The position numbers and the translations under genes are program-made. Shown here one piece after another: positions 19,149 through 28,835 of a DNA stretch of 64,000 nt (its first letter is position 1; each line of letters starts with the position of its first letter). The notes beneath the pieces are model-generated. The model was not told the origin of the DNA. It saw only the letters and a program-made list of their open reading frames with translations, and ran no database searches. Source of the DNA: Bacteroidia bacterium (lineage in GTDB: Bacteria; Bacteroidota; Bacteroidia; Palsa-965); assembly GCA_039918435.1 (NCBI GenBank), contig JBDSHN010000075.1:13342-77341 (forward strand), in the 5' to 3' direction.

Positions 19149-20909
19149 ATGAAAGCACCTGAAAATTTAACCTTAGAAATGCACGCATCACTCATTTACG
19201 AACGACCCGCAAACCGCTGGAAAGGCAAAATCCGTCCGCCTGCAACTGCTGTCAAAGACCTTGCTCAACAGCTGAACGGGAATGAGGTTGTTGCCACGCT
19301 TTTATTGCAACGCGGAATTTCAACATACGATGAAGCAAAAAAATTTTTCCGTCCCTCGCTCGACGACCTCCATGATCCATTCCTGATGAAAGACATGGAT
19401 AAAGCTGTTGCACGTATTGAAGCAGCCATTTCCAACAATGAAAAAATTCTTGTATACGGCGATTATGATGTAGACGGAACAACGGCAGTCGCACTTTTTT
19501 ATACGTACCTGAAATCGCAGAATGCCAATTGTGGTTTTTATATTCCTGATCGTTATGCCGAAGGTTATGGCATTTCATTTATAGCAATCGATTTTGCGAA
19601 GCAGGAAAATTATTCGCTCATCGTTGCGCTTGACTGCGGGATAAAAGCGAATGATAAAGTCAGCTATGCAAATGAAAAAGGAATTGATTTTATCATTTGT
19701 GATCATCATCGTCCGGGAGCTGTTTTACCTGATGCCATTGCCGTGCTCGATCCTAAACGTGAGGATTGTTTTTATCCGTATGATGAGCTTTGCGGATGCG
19801 GAATCGGTTTTAAATTAGCCCAGGCCATCGCGCAAAATAGAAATGAATCCGTTTCTTCATTGGAACATCTGCTTGACTTAGTCGCAGTTGCCATCGCTGC
19901 TGATATTGTTCCACTGACCGGTGAAAATCGTGTGCTGGCAACCTTTGGAATGAAGCGCATCAATGAAGATCCGCGACCCGGCTTTAAAGCAATGCTTCAA
20001 ATGGCAAAGCTGAAACGCAGCATTTCTATTTCTGATGTGGTTTTTATTTTCGCTCCGCGCATTAACGCCGCAGGAAGAATTGAACATGGCAAACTTGCTG
20101 TCGAATTGCTGACTTCACTGAATGAGGAAACAGCCAAAGTCGCTGCGGAAGTTGTCAATAAAAATAATGCTGATCGCCGTGATCTTGACAAAGCAATGAC
20201 GTCGCATGCCATGGAAATGATGGCGGCTTCTGTGGTCATGCAGTCAAGAAAATCCACCGTCGTCTTTGATCCTGGCTGGCACAAGGGTGTTGTTGGAATT
20301 GTTGCATCACGTCTCATTGAAAAATATTACCGTCCGACAATTGTGCTCACGGAATCAAATGGCAAAGTCACAGGCTCTGCACGATCGGTAAAAGATTTTG
20401 ATGTTTACGAAGTCATCGAAGCATGCAGTGATTTATTGATCCAATTCGGCGGACATAAGTATGCAGCCGGATTAACGATGGATCCTGCAATGGTAGAAAC
20501 CTTCATAGAAAAATTTGAATCAGAAGTTTGTGCACGCATCACGGAGGAGCAAATGATTCCTGAAATAGAAATCGACATGGAGATTCCTTTCGAAATGATC
20601 GATTGGAAATTTTTCGCTGTGCTAAAACAATTTGCGCCTTTTGGTCCGGGAAATATGAGTCCTGTTTTTCTGAGCAAAAAGGTCTGTGATCGCGGCTGGG
20701 CTAGAATAGTAGGGGAGCGCCATCTGAAAATGGATTTAATTAATCCTTCCAATCCTGATAGAATTTTCCCTGCGATTGCTTTTGGTTTCGGGAATATGCT
20801 TTCGTCGCTAGCGAATAAAAATGAAGTGAATGTTTGTTATACGATTGATGAGAATGAATATAATGGGAAGGTAAGTTTGCAGTTGGGAGTGAAGGATATG
20901 CGATGTTAG
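19149..20909 (+). CDS. recJ: Single-stranded-DNA-specific exonuclease RecJ
   Basis: DHH motifs (ILVYGDYDVDGTTAVAL; FIICDHHRP), a DHHA1 region (GGHKYAAGLT) and a C-terminal OB-like region. The listed ORF at 19089 begins inside the repeat, so 19149 (MKAPENL) is the more plausible start. Confidence 0.85.
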   Translation: MKAPENLTLEMHASLIYERPANRWKGKIRPPATAVKDLAQQLNGNEVVATLLLQRGISTYDEAKKFFRPSLDDLHDPFLMKDMDKAVARIEAAISNNEKILVYGDYDVDGTTAVALFYTYLKSQNANCGFYIPDRYAEGYGISFIAIDFAKQENYSLIVALDCGIKANDKVSYANEKGIDFIICDHHRPGAVLPDAIAVLDPKREDCFYPYDELCGCGIGFKLAQAIAQNRNESVSSLEHLLDLVAVAIAADIVPLTGENRVLATFGMKRINEDPRPGFKAMLQMAKLKRSISISDVVFIFAPRINAAGRIEHGKLAVELLTSLNEETAKVAAEVVNKNNADRRDLDKAMTSHAMEMMAASVVMQSRKSTVVFDPGWHKGVVGIVASRLIEKYYRPTIVLTESNGKVTGSARSVKDFDVYEVIEACSDLLIQFGGHKYAAGLTMDPAMVETFIEKFESEVCARITEEQMIPEIEIDMEIPFEMIDWKFFAVLKQFAPFGPGNMSPVFLSKKVCDRGWARIVGERHLKMDLINPSNPDRIFPAIAFGFGNMLSSLANKNEVNVCYTIDENEYNGKVSLQLGVKDMRC

Positions 20910-20951
20910 GGAAAGAGGAATATCAAATTATTTTTTAATCAAAATTTATTT

Positions 20952-21347
20952 ATGAAGAAAGAAGAATACCACCGGCTTGCGTCTGAGATTGTCAGTTCGT
21001 GCATTGAAGTTCATCGTCACATGGGACCTGGATTACTTGAATCCGTATATGAGGAATGTTTAATGAAGGAATTTGAGTTGCGTGGAATTTTTGCAGAGTC
21101 TCAGGTTGTAGTGCCGCTTTATTATAAAGGATATCGATTGGATAAGAGGTTTGAGGTTGATATTCTTATTGAGAGGGAAATTGTGCTGGAGCTAAAAGCA
21201 GTTTTGCTGATGCATCCTGTTTTTGAATTTCAATTGCTCTCCCATTTAAAACTTGCAGATAAACGCCTGGGATTTTTGCTCAATTTTAATGTTCCCTTAA
21301 TGAAAGATGGAATTAAGAGGAAAGTGAATGATTTTTTCCTGGACTGA
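20952..21347 (+). CDS. GxxExxY family protein (PD-(D/E)XK-like)
   Basis: HMGPGLLESVYEECLMKEFELRGI...YYKGYRLDKRFEVDILIEREIVLELKAV is the GxxExxY signature family. Confidence 0.65.
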   Translation: MKKEEYHRLASEIVSSCIEVHRHMGPGLLESVYEECLMKEFELRGIFAESQVVVPLYYKGYRLDKRFEVDILIEREIVLELKAVLLMHPVFEFQLLSHLKLADKRLGFLLNFNVPLMKDGIKRKVNDFFLD

Positions 21348-21519
21348 ATAACTTCGGAGAAACATTATCGTAAGGACATTTAGACGCGGAGGCGCAGAGA
21401 CGCAAAGAAACGCGGAGACATTACCTATAACAGAAAAGTCTTCGCGTACCCCTGCGCCCTTTTGCGCCCCCGCGTTAAAAAATAAAATGATTATTTCCTT
21501 CCTTAAAAGGATGTGGATT

Positions 21520-23673
21520 CTATGCCATATGATATTCAGCCTGAAAAAACTGTCTGGCTTTATTCAGATTCATTACTTGATGGAGTAGCTCTTGAATATC
21601 TCCTTCAATTTGTTCGGGTGGATCAGGTACAGATTTAGGATCATTGATAGAAAGTAATTGCTTTGCGTCTTCCAGCAGTTTAAGTGAGCTATAGTAATCT
21701 CTTAGCATGAATTCTAAGCGACGAATTTTAAATAAGAAAACAGCATCATAGCACGCGCGCTCTAATTGCATGTCCTCAGTTTGCACATAGATGTTATGAC
21801 GTAACCAGTCATGCAATTCATATCTCTGTCCGGATTTATATTCTTCTTTATCTTTATGAGATATGAAAAATTCGATTTCCCAATGGTGAACGGCATATTG
21901 CGAAAACAGAATATCTGATACTATCATTCGTAAATCTTCATCCTCAGAACGAATAAAATGTTCAAATGTCAAAGGAAGGCCCATTGCATTGTGTTGTCGA
22001 TACGTCTCCAAAATTTGTTGATATACCCTTTGCCAAAAAGGAAGTGGTACCCCGCCCTCGTTATCTAAAAGTTCAAAAATTAAAGACGTAACTGAAATTG
22101 CTTCTGACGGTTCAGGCGAATCAGAATTTTCGGTTCTGTTCCTTGTTAACGTTACAGAATTAGAGCCATACATTAATAAAATTCTAATAATATCCCTTTC
22201 AGGGGGTATGCCTCTTCCTAAACCATCTTCATAGTATGAATATTTAGAAGATCGTTTATCCTCTTCTTTTTCTTCTGAATCCAATTGAATGGAATCAATT
22301 ATTCCAGTTTGGCTTAATTGCTCAATGACATTAGGTTTATCCTTATCCTTTTTCTTTTCGTATTCTCTTTTACGAAGCTTGTTTAATTCGTTTAATAATG
22401 TTTGCTCATCAATTTTTAATATATAGCTACAATTCTTAACATAAACTGATCGTGTAATTGAATCGGGAATTTTGGCTACACTTTCAATGATTTCACGGAT
22501 AAGCCCCGCCTTTTTAATTGGATCGTTACCGACTTCTTTTGATAATAGCTGAGTTTTAAAACTGATAAAGTCTTTTGTATTGTCTTTAATAAACTGTTTC
22601 AATTCTTCACTCGAAACCTTTTTCGAATAAGAATCAGGATCATCACCATCAGGAAACAGCAATACACGCACATTCATTCCCTCTTCGAGAATCAGGTCAA
22701 TACCGCGGAAACTTGCTTTTATTCCTGCAGCATCACCATCATACAAAATGGTAATGTTATTCGTGTACCTGCGAATCAAACGGATTTGTTCAACGGTCAA
22801 TGCAGTTCCCGACGAAGCAACAACGTTTTCAATTCCCGCCTGGTGCATCGAAGTCACATCCGTATAACCTTCCACGAGGTAACAAACATCTTCCGAGATG
22901 ATCTGCTTCTTCGCGAAATACAAACCATAAAGTACATTGCTCTTATGATAAATGTCCGTCTCCGGTGAGTTAATATACTTCGCAACTTTTTTGTCCGTCT
23001 TTAAAGTCCGTCCGCCAAATGCAATAATTCTTCCGCTGGCATTATGAACAGGAAACATGACACGACCTTTAAAGCGATCGAAAAATTTATCTTTGTCTTC
23101 TTCGTTTTGAATTACGAGTCCGGCCTTAACCAGGTATTCTAATTTGTATCCGGCAGCGAGTGCAGCATCTGCAAAGTCTCTCCACACATCAGGCGAATAA
23201 CCCAGCATGAATTTCTCAATGATATCCGGTCGCATTCCACGTTCATGGAAATAAGAAAGTGCAATTGCTTTTCCTTCTTCCGTCTCGTGTAAATTTTTTG
23301 TAAAATGTTTTTGTGCAAATGCCGAAACCAAAAACAAACTCTCGCGTTCATTATCTTTCGCCTGCTGCTCACTCGAAACCTCTTCCTCTTCAATCTCGAT
23401 ATTATATTTTTTCGCCAGCCACTTCAACGCTTCGGGGTAAGTAATATGCTCATGCTCCATGATAAAGTTCACAGAGTTTCCACCCTTTCCACAACCAAAA
23501 CATTTATAAATTCCACGCGCCGGCGATACATTGAACGAAGGCGTCTTCTCATTATGAAAAGGACAAAGCCCGATCATATTTCCTCCTCGCTTTTTCAGCG
23601 ACACAAATTCACCCACCACCTCGTCAATGCGGGCAGTGTCAAAAATGCGGTCAACTGTTTCTTTAGGGATCAT
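21520..23673 (-). CDS. dnaG: DNA primase
   Basis: CHC2 zinc finger (CPFHNEKTPSFNVSPARGIYKCFGCGKGGN), RNA polymerase core region, and a TOPRIM domain (YLVEGYTDVTSMHQAGIENVVASSGTALT...LYDGDAAGIKA). 717 aa. Confidence 0.85.
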   Translation of the reverse strand: MIPKETVDRIFDTARIDEVVGEFVSLKKRGGNMIGLCPFHNEKTPSFNVSPARGIYKCFGCGKGGNSVNFIMEHEHITYPEALKWLAKKYNIEIEEEEVSSEQQAKDNERESLFLVSAFAQKHFTKNLHETEEGKAIALSYFHERGMRPDIIEKFMLGYSPDVWRDFADAALAAGYKLEYLVKAGLVIQNEEDKDKFFDRFKGRVMFPVHNASGRIIAFGGRTLKTDKKVAKYINSPETDIYHKSNVLYGLYFAKKQIISEDVCYLVEGYTDVTSMHQAGIENVVASSGTALTVEQIRLIRRYTNNITILYDGDAAGIKASFRGIDLILEEGMNVRVLLFPDGDDPDSYSKKVSSEELKQFIKDNTKDFISFKTQLLSKEVGNDPIKKAGLIREIIESVAKIPDSITRSVYVKNCSYILKIDEQTLLNELNKLRKREYEKKKDKDKPNVIEQLSQTGIIDSIQLDSEEKEEDKRSSKYSYYEDGLGRGIPPERDIIRILLMYGSNSVTLTRNRTENSDSPEPSEAISVTSLIFELLDNEGGVPLPFWQRVYQQILETYRQHNAMGLPLTFEHFIRSEDEDLRMIVSDILFSQYAVHHWEIEFFISHKDKEEYKSGQRYELHDWLRHNIYVQTEDMQLERACYDAVFLFKIRRLEFMLRDYYSSLKLLEDAKQLLSINDPKSVPDPPEQIEGDIQELLHQVMNLNKARQFFQAEYHMA

Positions 23674-23758
23674 TTTTTCGGATTGTGAAGTTACGAAAAA
23701 GGATTATTGGCTGAGGGAGTATAAATGTAAAGCGTTGAATCTGCGCAATCTAATTTGG

Positions 23759-23806
23759 GCGTGCCCCATGAAGTAAGGCTCCTTCGCATTACTTCATGGG
23801 GCACGC
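23759..23806. repeat. Perfect 18-bp-stem hairpin in the dnaG/DGPF divergent intergenic region
   Basis: gcgtgccccatgaagtaa, a 12-nt loop, then ttacttcatggggcacgc. There is no flanking U-run. A second hairpin with a 9-bp stem lies at 23824-23869. Confidence 0.6.
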
Positions 23807-23989
23807 TTTCGGCAGTCGCTTCCCGTCAAAAGGTAGTGATCTCAATAAACCATAAGTTTTCTTTTGACGAGAGAGCTCGACAATGCCTCAATCCTTCACA
23901 CAAAAAAACAACAGAACTGTCCAATTCTCAGACTTCCACTTGTTATTAGAGTAATTCTTATATTCATAACAATTAAATACAAAAACAAA

Positions 23990-24343
23990 ATGGACGAATT
24001 CATTTTAATTTTCAGGCACGAAGACGGAAAAAAAGTAGCATCGCCGGAACAGATCCAGCTATGGATGAAACAAACCATGGACTGGATTGGCAGCATTGCG
24101 GCGCAAAATAAATTCAGCGGCGGGAATGGTCTTGCATTTGAAAACGCAAAAGTTGTGCATCACAATAAAACAATAACCAACGGACCATTTGGCGATATTA
24201 AAGAAACGCTCGGCGGTTATGTTATTGTAAAAGCAAATTCTATTGAAGAAGCTGCTGAAATGGCAAAAGGTTCACCGGTATTGCAGGGCGAAGGAAATAC
24301 AATTGAAGTGCGAAAACTTGTAAAAGGAGATGGTGTTCACTAA
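23990..24343 (+). CDS. YciI-like / DGPF domain protein
   Basis: 117 aa. The DGPF motif appears in TNGPFGDIKETLGGYVIVKA, with the typical length and an A-rich leader. The listed ORF has a 42-codon spurious N-terminal extension. Confidence 0.65.
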   Translation: MDEFILIFRHEDGKKVASPEQIQLWMKQTMDWIGSIAAQNKFSGGNGLAFENAKVVHHNKTITNGPFGDIKETLGGYVIVKANSIEEAAEMAKGSPVLQGEGNTIEVRKLVKGDGVH

Positions 24344-24404
24344 TTAATATTTTTGCAGGAGCATTTCCAAAGCAGATTGAAATGCTCCTGCATATATTTG
24401 AAGC

Positions 24405-25631
24405 ATGGAGCAACAACAGCTGATCCCACATTTGTTTCGTTCGGAATACAGGAAAATTGTTGCTGTGCTTTGCCATCATTTCGGCATAGATCATATCCAG
24501 GCGGCGGAAGACATTGCAAGCGAAACGTTTCACACCGCGCTTGATACCTGGAGCTATAAAGGCATTCCTGGAAATCCGAAAGGATGGCTTTATACGGTTG
24601 CGAAGAACAAAGCGGCAAATTACCTGAAGCGTAATAAAATTTTCAGCAATAAGGTGGCGCCTGCCTTGCAACAATTTCCAATTTCTGTTAACGAAGAGGA
24701 TATTGATCTTTCCGATAAAAATATTTCCGACAGTCAGCTTCAAATGTTATTTACTGTTTGTCATCCTTCCATTTCTTCAGAGGCGCAGGTTGGTTTAGCT
24801 CTTCGTATTTTATGTGGTTTTGGCATTGAAGAGATTGCAGATGCTTTTCTTACGAATAAGGAAACGATCAACAAACGACTTTTCAGGGCGAAGGAAAAGT
24901 TGCGGGCAGAACGAATAGAAATTAAATTTCCGGGGAAGGAAGAAATCGCAAATCGTCTTGACGCTGTTTTAACTACGATTTATCTTTTGTTCAATGAAGG
25001 TTATTATTCTGAAAGCAATAACCAGGTAGTAAGAAAAGATTTTTGCCTCGAAGCAATGCGTCTTGCTTACCTGTTAATTGAGAATGAGCAGACGAATACG
25101 CCCCGTGTAAATGCACTTCTTTCCTTAATGTGTTTTTATTCTTCACGGTTCGAAGCCCGGGTAGGAAAGCAGGGAGAAATGGTTTTGTATGAAGCCCAGG
25201 ATGAAAATCTGTGGAATAATGAACTGATTGCGGAGGGAAGTTATTTTCTGAAGCAGGCTTCCATTGGTAATGAGCTTTCAAAATACCATTTGGAGGCAGC
25301 TATTGCTTATTGGCATACAGTCAAGGCAGATACAAAAGAAAAGTGGGAAAATATTCTGCAGCTTTATAATCGTTTATTGCAGGTTGAATATTCTCCTGTT
25401 GCAGCGCTTAACAGAACGTATGCGCTTTCAAAAACAAATGGAAAGCAGGAAGCAATACGGGAAGCGGAAAAATTGAATTTGAGTTCCAATCACTTCTATT
25501 TTACACTGCTTGGCGAATTGTATAAGGGCATTGATAACGTTAAGGCAAAAAACAATTTTCAACACGCATTTGAATTGGCAAAAACACAAACCGATAAGCA
25601 GGTTATTCAGAAGCAGATTGATGGTTTGTGA
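24405..25631 (+). CDS. ECF sigma factor with a long C-terminal (TPR-like) extension, ECF42-like
   Basis: Sigma-70 region 2 (FHTALDTWSYKGIPGNPKGWLYTVAKNKAANYLKR) and region 4 (ALRILCGFGIEEIADAFLTNKETINKRLFRAKEKLR), then an alpha-helical extension of about 220 aa. It is adjacent to a DGPF protein, the conserved ECF42 context. Confidence 0.65.
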   Translation: MEQQQLIPHLFRSEYRKIVAVLCHHFGIDHIQAAEDIASETFHTALDTWSYKGIPGNPKGWLYTVAKNKAANYLKRNKIFSNKVAPALQQFPISVNEEDIDLSDKNISDSQLQMLFTVCHPSISSEAQVGLALRILCGFGIEEIADAFLTNKETINKRLFRAKEKLRAERIEIKFPGKEEIANRLDAVLTTIYLLFNEGYYSESNNQVVRKDFCLEAMRLAYLLIENEQTNTPRVNALLSLMCFYSSRFEARVGKQGEMVLYEAQDENLWNNELIAEGSYFLKQASIGNELSKYHLEAAIAYWHTVKADTKEKWENILQLYNRLLQVEYSPVAALNRTYALSKTNGKQEAIREAEKLNLSSNHFYFTLLGELYKGIDNVKAKNNFQHAFELAKTQTDKQVIQKQIDGL

Positions 25632-25690
25632 AACATACTTGCTATTTTTGAACGCATAATTAAACAAAGCTTTTAATTCAACTCAACTCA

Positions 25691-26428
25691 ATGCAATTCG
25701 AAGTTTTTCCGACGTTAGCGATAATGGCAGAGCTTTACCGGCAGCCTTTATCCACAGAAAGATTTAAAAATTACCTGCAACTGCTGCAAGGCAATTCAAA
25801 AGACGATCTTGTATTTCCCGCGGGCGGATTTAACCCGATGGCGAAAGAACATGCGCTTGTGAAGTTGAAGGAATTGCAAAAAAATGGTGCTGAAGAAATT
25901 GCCACTGATGTGTTGAATGGGCTGAATAAGAAACTTCAGAAAGAAAATGATGAGCTCTTCAAAGTTGCATTAAACCTTTCTGATGATTTACAAGGCGGCT
26001 GGACCAATCGTTTTACCAGCGATTACGATAGTAAATTCAAAATCAATGCGCTTGTAAGACGGAAATTCTGCACGCCCATTTTCTGGACAGGCGAAGAATT
26101 TTCGGAAGAATTGATTCGCACGCGCGTGTCGCACTATTGCTACCGCACTTTGTATCGGACAAATCATTCAGCGCCCGAAACATTGCAGGCGCATATTGAA
26201 ATGGAGAAATTCGTTGTAAAAGAAAGCGGCAGGAAGGAAGTGAAATCACTCAACGATTTCGATTTTATAAATGCTTTCTATCAACAGCAAAAGGAAAACA
26301 ACGAATACAATCTGGTATTCAATTTCCTTTATGGTGATGAAGCGTGTAAATCGCTGGAGTTTCCGGCTTATGGAATTAAAGCGCCAATGGCCGGTTTTTC
26401 ATTCGCAGCTGAACTGGCAGAAAATTAA
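25691..26428 (+). CDS. Hypothetical cytoplasmic protein
   Basis: 245 aa ORF with a coding-like composition. No motif recognised. Confidence 0.35.
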   Translation: MQFEVFPTLAIMAELYRQPLSTERFKNYLQLLQGNSKDDLVFPAGGFNPMAKEHALVKLKELQKNGAEEIATDVLNGLNKKLQKENDELFKVALNLSDDLQGGWTNRFTSDYDSKFKINALVRRKFCTPIFWTGEEFSEELIRTRVSHYCYRTLYRTNHSAPETLQAHIEMEKFVVKESGRKEVKSLNDFDFINAFYQQQKENNEYNLVFNFLYGDEACKSLEFPAYGIKAPMAGFSFAAELAEN

Positions 26429-26513
26429 ATCTCTTATCGCATTGCTGTGGTTCCTCATCACCAGCAATTTTATATACATGGGCGAATGGGTTTATAAAAA
26501 TTCTTACATCCTG

Positions 26514-26969
26514 TTATTCACCGCCAAAATCTTTCTCCACCAATCGTCCTTCTTCATTCCAGAATTTCCAGTCGCCAACCATTTTATCTCCTTTGTAATA
26601 TCCTTCCGTGCTTTTCAGGCCGTTTTGCCAATAAGAAACACCATATCCTTCACGGAAACCCGCTTTATATATTCCGCGGCTCCACTCTTTTCCGTCCCTG
26701 TAAAAAGTAATCCATTCGCCCGAACGTACACCTCCGGCAACTTCACCGCGCATGTAAATAACACCATTTTCATAACGCTCAATGTGCTCGCCGTTTAAAA
26801 TAGTGTCCTGCACTGCATGCGCAACATGTTCAAGCGGATCGCTGACCGTCATGCCTTTTTTATTCCCGTTCGTGGTATCGATCTTCTTTGTATCTGCCGC
26901 AGTTTCATTTCCACAGGAGAAAATAAAAAACAGCGAGGCGAAAGTGGTAGAAAAAATTAATTTACGCAT
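26514..26969 (-). CDS. MORN-variant repeat lipoprotein (YwqK-like family)
   Basis: Lipoprotein signal MRKLIFSTTFASLFFIFSCG, then YwqK/MORN-variant repeats (G.W..Y..G......G.Y..G...G.W..W). Its start overlaps the stop of the upstream paralogue within ATGCGTAA. Confidence 0.55.
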   Translation of the reverse strand: MRKLIFSTTFASLFFIFSCGNETAADTKKIDTTNGNKKGMTVSDPLEHVAHAVQDTILNGEHIERYENGVIYMRGEVAGGVRSGEWITFYRDGKEWSRGIYKAGFREGYGVSYWQNGLKSTEGYYKGDKMVGDWKFWNEEGRLVEKDFGGE

Positions 26970-27768
26970 AGATAATTTCTTTGTAAAGTTTTGAGTCACG
27001 GTAATATTCAAGCTTTTTGATTTTACCATTTTCACCAAAGTACTTCCACTTTTTAATCTTTACACCATCTTTATAATAACCGGTCGAACTTACTTTACCA
27101 CTGGGCTGATATTGGATCCATTTGCCATCATACCGTCCACCGTCGTAGTCGCCTTCCACGAGTTTATTTCCCGGAACATCATAAAATATCCAATGTCCTT
27201 GTGCCTGGCCTTTTTCAATATGACCAGAACTTTCCAGCTGGCCATTGTCGTACCAGTGTGAGAAGGAGCCATCGATCAGATTGTTTTTAAAATCGGCGGC
27301 TTCCTGCAATTGCCCGTTCGCGTACCAGCGAAGCCAGCGGCCGTTTTTAATTCCATGTTTGTAAACGCCCGCTTCTTTGCGGATCGTATCGCCCCAATAT
27401 TCAATCCACAGACCGTCGAGCGTATCATTTTTAAAATGAGCCATCCGCTGAATGCCGCCGTTCGGAAAAAAGAAATACCAAAGACTGTCGAGGTGATCTT
27501 GCTTATACCAGCCGTAGCTGTCGAGCTTTCCTTCCGGTGTCCAGAAAAACCAGCAGCCTGTTGATTTCCCATTCACATATTTACCACCGGATTTTTTCAT
27601 TCCGTTCTCATGGTAAAATGTCCAGTCACCATTCAGCTTTCCTTCGGCATTCACCATTCCTTCACCGCTTGTTTTACCGCTTGAGAAAGTGAATTTTTGG
27701 TAATGATCCTGCGCATGCAGAAAGTTGGCCGCGATAAACAGGAAGAAAAGAAAGATTATTTTTTTCAT
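26962..27768 (-). CDS. MORN-variant repeat protein (YwqK-like), secreted
   Basis: Signal peptide MKKIIFLFFLFIAANFLHAQ, followed by more than 8 tandem G(xW/Y) repeat units. Confidence 0.55.
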   Translation of the reverse strand: MKKIIFLFFLFIAANFLHAQDHYQKFTFSSGKTSGEGMVNAEGKLNGDWTFYHENGMKKSGGKYVNGKSTGCWFFWTPEGKLDSYGWYKQDHLDSLWYFFFPNGGIQRMAHFKNDTLDGLWIEYWGDTIRKEAGVYKHGIKNGRWLRWYANGQLQEAADFKNNLIDGSFSHWYDNGQLESSGHIEKGQAQGHWIFYDVPGNKLVEGDYDGGRYDGKWIQYQPSGKVSSTGYYKDGVKIKKWKYFGENGKIKKLEYYRDSKLYKEIIYA

Positions 27769-28748
27769 TTTTCGCGTTCGGTAGTATAAAGAACCAGGTC
27801 GTGAAGGGATTGGCGCGATGGACTTTCCGGAAAAGTTGCCAATAGGTCGAGTGCTTTTTTGCGGAATTCATACATACGCTCGCGTGCATAAGCAATTCCG
27901 CCTGATGCATGAACAAATGCAATTACTTCCTGCACCTTATCCGGTTCTTCATTGTGATGCTTCACAAGATTTATAATGCGTCGCTTGTCAGAACGTGAAG
28001 CATTATTAAGCGCGAAGATCAAAGGCAGCGTCATCTTTTTTTCTTTGATATCAATGCCAGTCGGTTTACCAATATCACTTGCAGCGCCATAATCGAAAAG
28101 ATCGTCCTTCAGCTGGAACGCAATTCCGGTAAGCTCACCGAACTCGTGCATTCTTTTTTGTATTGCTTCGTCGTTGGTTACACTTGCAGCGCCGCTTGTG
28201 CAGCAGGAGGCAATCAATGATGCAGTTTTCTGGCGGATGATCTCGAAATAAACCGGTTCAGCAATATCCATTCTGCGTGCTTTTTCGATCTGGAGCAATT
28301 CGCCTTCACTCATCTCGCGCACCGCTTCGGAAACAATTTTCAATAGATGAAAATCACCATTGTTAATTGAAAGTAATAAGCCGCTCGAAAGCAGATAATC
28401 ACCCACGAGCACAGCGATTTTATTTTTCCATAACGCATTCACAGAAAAAAATCCGCGGCGCATATTGGAATCATCCACAACATCATCGTGAACCAATGTT
28501 GCTGTGTGGAGCAATTCAATTAAAGCAGCAGCGCGATAGGTCGAATCATTGACTTCGCCACAGACTTTCGCACAAAGGAAAACGAACATCGGACGAAGCT
28601 GCTTTCCTTTCCTGCGGACAATATATTGGGTGATTTTATCGAGCAGCGGAACCGAACTCTTCATGGAAGACCTGAATTTCTGCTCGAAAATTTCCATTTC
28701 GGCAGCAACAGGGGATTTGATTTCGGTAATTGAAGTCATCAGGTGCAA
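27765..28748 (-). CDS. ispB: Polyprenyl synthetase (octaprenyl/solanesyl-diphosphate synthase-like)
   Basis: FARM motif LVHDDVVDDSNMRRG and a second Asp-rich motif QLKDDLFDY. 327 aa. Confidence 0.8.
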   Translation of the reverse strand: MHLMTSITEIKSPVAAEMEIFEQKFRSSMKSSVPLLDKITQYIVRRKGKQLRPMFVFLCAKVCGEVNDSTYRAAALIELLHTATLVHDDVVDDSNMRRGFFSVNALWKNKIAVLVGDYLLSSGLLLSINNGDFHLLKIVSEAVREMSEGELLQIEKARRMDIAEPVYFEIIRQKTASLIASCCTSGAASVTNDEAIQKRMHEFGELTGIAFQLKDDLFDYGAASDIGKPTGIDIKEKKMTLPLIFALNNASRSDKRRIINLVKHHNEEPDKVQEVIAFVHASGGIAYARERMYEFRKKALDLLATFPESPSRQSLHDLVLYTTEREK

Positions 28749-28835
28749 AGGTAATTAAGGTATTGGGTTAATTGAGGCAAATGGGCTGAATCTTTAATTC
28801 CCTGGAAACCCCAATTACCTCTACCCATTTTCCAA

